The position numbers were made by a program, and so were the translations under genes. DNA of 32,000 nt from Phycisphaera mikurensis NBRC 102666 (GTDB lineage: Bacteria > Planctomycetota > Phycisphaerae > Phycisphaerales > Phycisphaeraceae), in the NCBI RefSeq assembly GCF_000284115.1, contig NC_017080.1, forward strand, positions 1,080,001 to 1,112,000, written 5' to 3'. Within the stretch, counting starts at the first letter, position 1, and each line of letters opens with the position of its first letter. A model generated the notes under the pieces. That model was not told the origin of the DNA and searched no databases. It was given only the letters and a program-made list of their open reading frames with translations. Of this stretch, positions 28,812-32,000 are shown piece by piece.

Positions 28812-28862
28812 GGCTCCGGGCGCAGCCCGTGCGTGGAGCGTCCGCGGGCCCGCCGCTGCGGG

Positions 28863-30803
28863 TCAGTCGATCTTCAGCTCCCCGTTCTCCCCGCGGACGT
28901 GGAGACGCTCGCCGCCGGCGGTGACGCGGAGGCCGCCGCTCCCGTCGGGCTCCGCGGTGTCGGCGGCGTCGCCGATCAGCCAGACGCTCAGCCACGCGAC
29001 GCCGCGCGTGCCAGCCGCCTCGAGCTGCACATACTCCTCGTGTTTCTGCTCGAGCTTCTCGCCGGTGCGGGCGGTGTCGAAGGGCGGCGCCCAGGCGTGG
29101 CGGCCGGCGGTGGCGGCGAAGGGTCCGGCCGAGAGCAGGTGGCCGGTCACCGGCTGCCCGCCGGCCTCGGTGGCGACCACGGCGTGCCGGTCGGTGCGGG
29201 TGGCGAGCCCGGCGCCGTCGGGCAGGTGCCAGCGGAGGCGGACCCGCTCGGCCCCCGGCAGCTCGGCGGCGTCGAGCACGGCGACGACACCGGGTCGGAG
29301 GTGGGCGACCTGCCGGGTGACGCGGCGGTCGCCCCCGTAGGCGGCGGAGAGGTCCAGGGCGAAGCGGGCCGCTTCGGGGGCATTCTCGAAGCTCGCGACC
29401 GATCCGGCTCCGCCGCGCCGCATCCCCCCCAGCGGGTCGTCGTCCCCGCCGAAGAACAGCAGGTTGTGGCCGCGCGGGGCGTCGGTGTAGTAGCGGGGGC
29501 GGTCCGCGGAGAAGTAGTCGCGCGGGTAGCTCGGCTTGCCGAGGTCGTGGAGGACGCGGTGCGGCCCGACGTCCAGCGTGAGGTTGCCGGCGTCGTGGTC
29601 GGCGTGGTTGCTCTCGCGGCCGGCCTTGGCGGCGACGACCACGTCGGTGGAGGCGGGCGAGAGGTCCCAGCCGGTGCGGCTGACGACGATCGCCCCCTCG
29701 TCGCGGTACGCGGTCGCCAGCGGGAGCGCCTCGCCGGGATCCTCGGGCGGGAGCGACGCGTCGAGCCAGCCGAGCTCCCGCGGGTTGACCCGCTCCCGAG
29801 GGTCGCGGAGGCGGCGGTCCGCGTGGGTGAGGTAGAGCCACTGGACCACGCCGTCACGCGCCGCCGCGGCCACGGCGGCGGCGTAGACGCTGCGGCCGGG
29901 ACGCTCCGGCCGGCTGTCCCCGAAGGCGACGAGCCGGCCGGGGGCCAGCGTCACCCAGAGGTTCCACCGGGCCGTCGCGGCGAGCCGGCCGACGGCGGCT
30001 TCCATCGCGGCGCGGCGGGCGGCGTCGGGCTCGCGCGGAGCGCAGAAGCTGATCCACCAGACCAGGGCGTCGAGGTCTTCGACGTAGCCGGGGGCCTCGT
30101 TGAAGCTGCCGTCGGCCCCGAGCTTCTCGGGGAAGGCGAGCATCTTCTCCGCGGCGTACGCCCGCACCTCCTCGCCGCGGGGGTGCTCGTCGCCCAGGGC
30201 CGCGGCGACCATGCCGGCCCCGCCGACGATGCGGAGCGTCCAGTTGGTGCCTGCGTCGAGGAACCAGCTGTCCTTCTCGACGCTGGCGAGGAAGGGCTGC
30301 ATGACCTTGCGGTCGAGCCCCTCGCGGAAGGCCGCGCGTCGCTCGGGGGAGAGGTCCGCTTCGAGGCGGACCCACGCGACGGCCAGCGCTGCCCCCAGGT
30401 CGCCGGTGCGGAGCCCGGCGGGGTCGCCTTGGTGGGCGAGGTCGCGCCAGTCGGGCCAGAGGCCCTCGTCGAAGAGGGCTTCGATCTGCCTCCAGGCCTC
30501 TTCGAGGTGAGTGGGGTCTCCCTCGGCGGCGAACAGCTCGCTGAAGACGAGGATCCGGTCGGCGACGCGGTCCACCAGCCTGCCCTCGCGGTTGCCGATC
30601 TCCGACTGCCTCGGCGTCCGCCAGGGCGCCACGGTCTGCGGCGTGTAGACCGGCTCGCCGGCGAGGCCCGCGGCCTCGGCCCGCATCGCCTCCAGCAGCG
30701 CGCCGCGGACCGCGGCCGGATCCGGCACCCCGGCGGCTTGATCCGCGGCGTGGACCAGCGAGAGCAGCGAAAGCGTCAGGGCGGCGAGCGGGCGGAGCGT
30801 CAT
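28863..30803 (-). CDS. Heparinase II/III-like / alginate-lyase-like secreted protein
   Basis: 646 aa; N-term signal; FNEAPGYVEDLDALVWWISF, SNHADHDAGNLTLDVGPHRVLHDLGKPSYPRDYF, beta-rich C-term half. Confidence 0.72.
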   Translation of the reverse strand: MTLRPLAALTLSLLSLVHAADQAAGVPDPAAVRGALLEAMRAEAAGLAGEPVYTPQTVAPWRTPRQSEIGNREGRLVDRVADRILVFSELFAAEGDPTHLEEAWRQIEALFDEGLWPDWRDLAHQGDPAGLRTGDLGAALAVAWVRLEADLSPERRAAFREGLDRKVMQPFLASVEKDSWFLDAGTNWTLRIVGGAGMVAAALGDEHPRGEEVRAYAAEKMLAFPEKLGADGSFNEAPGYVEDLDALVWWISFCAPREPDAARRAAMEAAVGRLAATARWNLWVTLAPGRLVAFGDSRPERPGRSVYAAAVAAAARDGVVQWLYLTHADRRLRDPRERVNPRELGWLDASLPPEDPGEALPLATAYRDEGAIVVSRTGWDLSPASTDVVVAAKAGRESNHADHDAGNLTLDVGPHRVLHDLGKPSYPRDYFSADRPRYYTDAPRGHNLLFFGGDDDPLGGMRRGGAGSVASFENAPEAARFALDLSAAYGGDRRVTRQVAHLRPGVVAVLDAAELPGAERVRLRWHLPDGAGLATRTDRHAVVATEAGGQPVTGHLLSAGPFAATAGRHAWAPPFDTARTGEKLEQKHEEYVQLEAAGTRGVAWLSVWLIGDAADTAEPDGSGGLRVTAGGERLHVRGENGELKID

Positions 30804-30920
30804 GGCGGAGCGGATCCTGAGAAAGCGGGAATCTATGGGTGGTTCATCGCAACGTATCGCCGCAAGCCGCGGCGACTCGCCGCTCCCGGCGACGCCATCG
30901 GACGCGCGGGAGGGCAGCCC

Positions 30921-30966
30921 CCGCGGACCGTCCGCGGCCGGGGCGGAAGCCGCCCACGGTCCGCGG
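30921..30966. repeat. CCGCGGACCG / CGGTCCGCGG inverted pair between the 3' end of the GH10 gene and the next minus-strand gene
   Basis: Arms 30921-30930 and 30957-30966 with 26-nt spacer, same geometry as 14015-14060. Confidence 0.55.
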
Positions 30967-31025
30967 TGCCGGCACGCGGCCGAGGACCCGCTGGCGATCG
31001 GGATCGACGCGGGCGTCCCTCGGGT

Positions 31026-32000
31026 TCAGGGGGTCGGATCCGCACGGAGGCGGAGCTTCGTCCCGCCCGCGGGCAGGTCGACCTCGCGGGTGATCCGCGT
31101 GCCGCCGGGCAGCGTCGCCTCGACGCGGTGGCGGCCGAGGAAGCCGCGGACCGTCGCGCGGCCGTCGGCGTCGGCGGCGACCCGCTCGTCGGTGTGCCAG
31201 GCTCCGTGGATGAGCGAGAGCGCGGCGCGGCCGGTGGGCGAGGGGGACCAGTCCTCCTCGAAGACGGCGGCGTCGGGCATCCAGGGCTTGCTGCCGGCGT
31301 GGAAGTTCCAGAAGATGAAGGCCTGCATCTGGGGCTTGCTGAAGGCGGCGGTCATGAAGTCGCGGACGTAGGCCTCGGTCAGCTGCGGGTCGTCGGTGAC
31401 GACGTCGAACTCGGTGACCTGGTAGCCGACGCCGAGGCCGTCGTAGGAGGAGAGGATCTCCAGCACCTTCTCCGGCGGGGTGAGCCCGCTGCCCATGTGC
31501 GACTGGAAGCCGATCGCGTCGATCGGGGCGCCGGCGGCCATCGCGTCCTGCACGAGGTCGTGGACGAATCGCTGCTTCACGGCGTTGGTGCCGTTCTGGC
31601 CCAGCAGCGCGAAGTCGTTGTAGATCAGCGTCGCGTCGGGCGCGCCGGCGCGGGCCCGCTTGAACCAGGCGGCGACCTCCTCGTCGCCGAGCAGCTTCAG
31701 GAACTCGTTCTGGTTAAACGCCTCGTTGACCACGTCCCACGTGTCCACGAGGCCGGCGGTGCGGGAGAGGATGTCGTCGATGTGGTTGTCCACGCGGCTG
31801 CGGAGCAGCTCGGGGTCGTCCTGCGCGGCGGCCCAGAGCTCCTCGGCGTCGGCCACGCGGAACTTCTCCAGCCCCGGCCACACCAGCACGTGGCCGTGGA
31901 CCCGCATCCCCATCTTGTTCAGGCCGCGCAGCGTGGTCATCGCCACCTCGGGCTCGCTCTCCCAGCGGCTCCACTTGAGCGCATTCTCGATGGATGCGGT
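31026..32000 (-). CDS. GH10 endo-1,4-beta-xylanase, 5' end outside the window
   Basis: Continues past 32000 in frame (SIENALKWSRWESEPEVAMTTLRGLNKMGMRVHGHVLVWPG); WDVVNEAFNQN, YNDFALLG, GFQSHMG, YQVTEFDVV, FIFWNFHAG. Confidence 0.93.
   Translation of the reverse strand, partial: TASIENALKWSRWESEPEVAMTTLRGLNKMGMRVHGHVLVWPGLEKFRVADAEELWAAAQDDPELLRSRVDNHIDDILSRTAGLVDTWDVVNEAFNQNEFLKLLGDEEVAAWFKRARAGAPDATLIYNDFALLGQNGTNAVKQRFVHDLVQDAMAAGAPIDAIGFQSHMGSGLTPPEKVLEILSSYDGLGVGYQVTEFDVVTDDPQLTEAYVRDFMTAAFSKPQMQAFIFWNFHAGSKPWMPDAAVFEEDWSPSPTGRAALSLIHGAWHTDERVAADADGRATVRGFLGRHRVEATLPGGTRITREVDLPAGGTKLRLRADPTP

Noticed and set aside
1-32000. tRNA/rRNA, transposase, toxin-antitoxin, restriction or other defence genes
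   Set aside because: None recognised by eye on either strand; no supporting motifs, though small RNAs cannot be excluded without covariance-model searches.

Overview
This is a very GC-rich window, probably from a planctomycete of the Phycisphaera type. That assignment is an inference from isolated RGFT(I/L)(V/E)[12 protein letters not shown] prepilin-like genes, PEP-CTERM proteins and extreme GC3; no database search was possible. The left part encodes a large phosphodiesterase-superfamily/TPR/sulfotransferase fusion, a PEP-CTERM protein, an M42-like peptidase, an MFS transporter and a prepilin-like protein. The centre (about 7.9-19.3 kb) is an amino-acid/keto-acid type catabolic cluster: ornithine cyclodeaminase-like, PLP aminotransferase, DgcN (DUF1611), dipeptide/N-acyl amino acid epimerase (DgcA-like), a conserved-looking unknown, an IclR regulator, SMP-30, alpha/beta hydrolase, RidA, RraA and FAH-family genes. 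Two copies of the identical quasi-palindrome CGGAACATTCCG and a third related site lie in its promoters. The right part (19.8-32 kb) looks like a xylan/plant-glycan degradation region: LacI regulator, BNR/GH74-like protein, prepilin-like and PEP-CTERM proteins, GH43/32-like protein, two GH10 xylanases and a heparinase-like protein, with a perfect LacI-type operator AGGAAACGTTTCCT. The most unusual non-coding signals are (a) a recurrent intergenic hairpin family with core CCGCGGACCG...CGGTCCGCGG near gene 3' ends, and (b) a 140-bp tandem repeat (2.3 copies) built of nested, REP-like palindromes. I found no CRISPR array, tRNA, rRNA, defence system or transposase.
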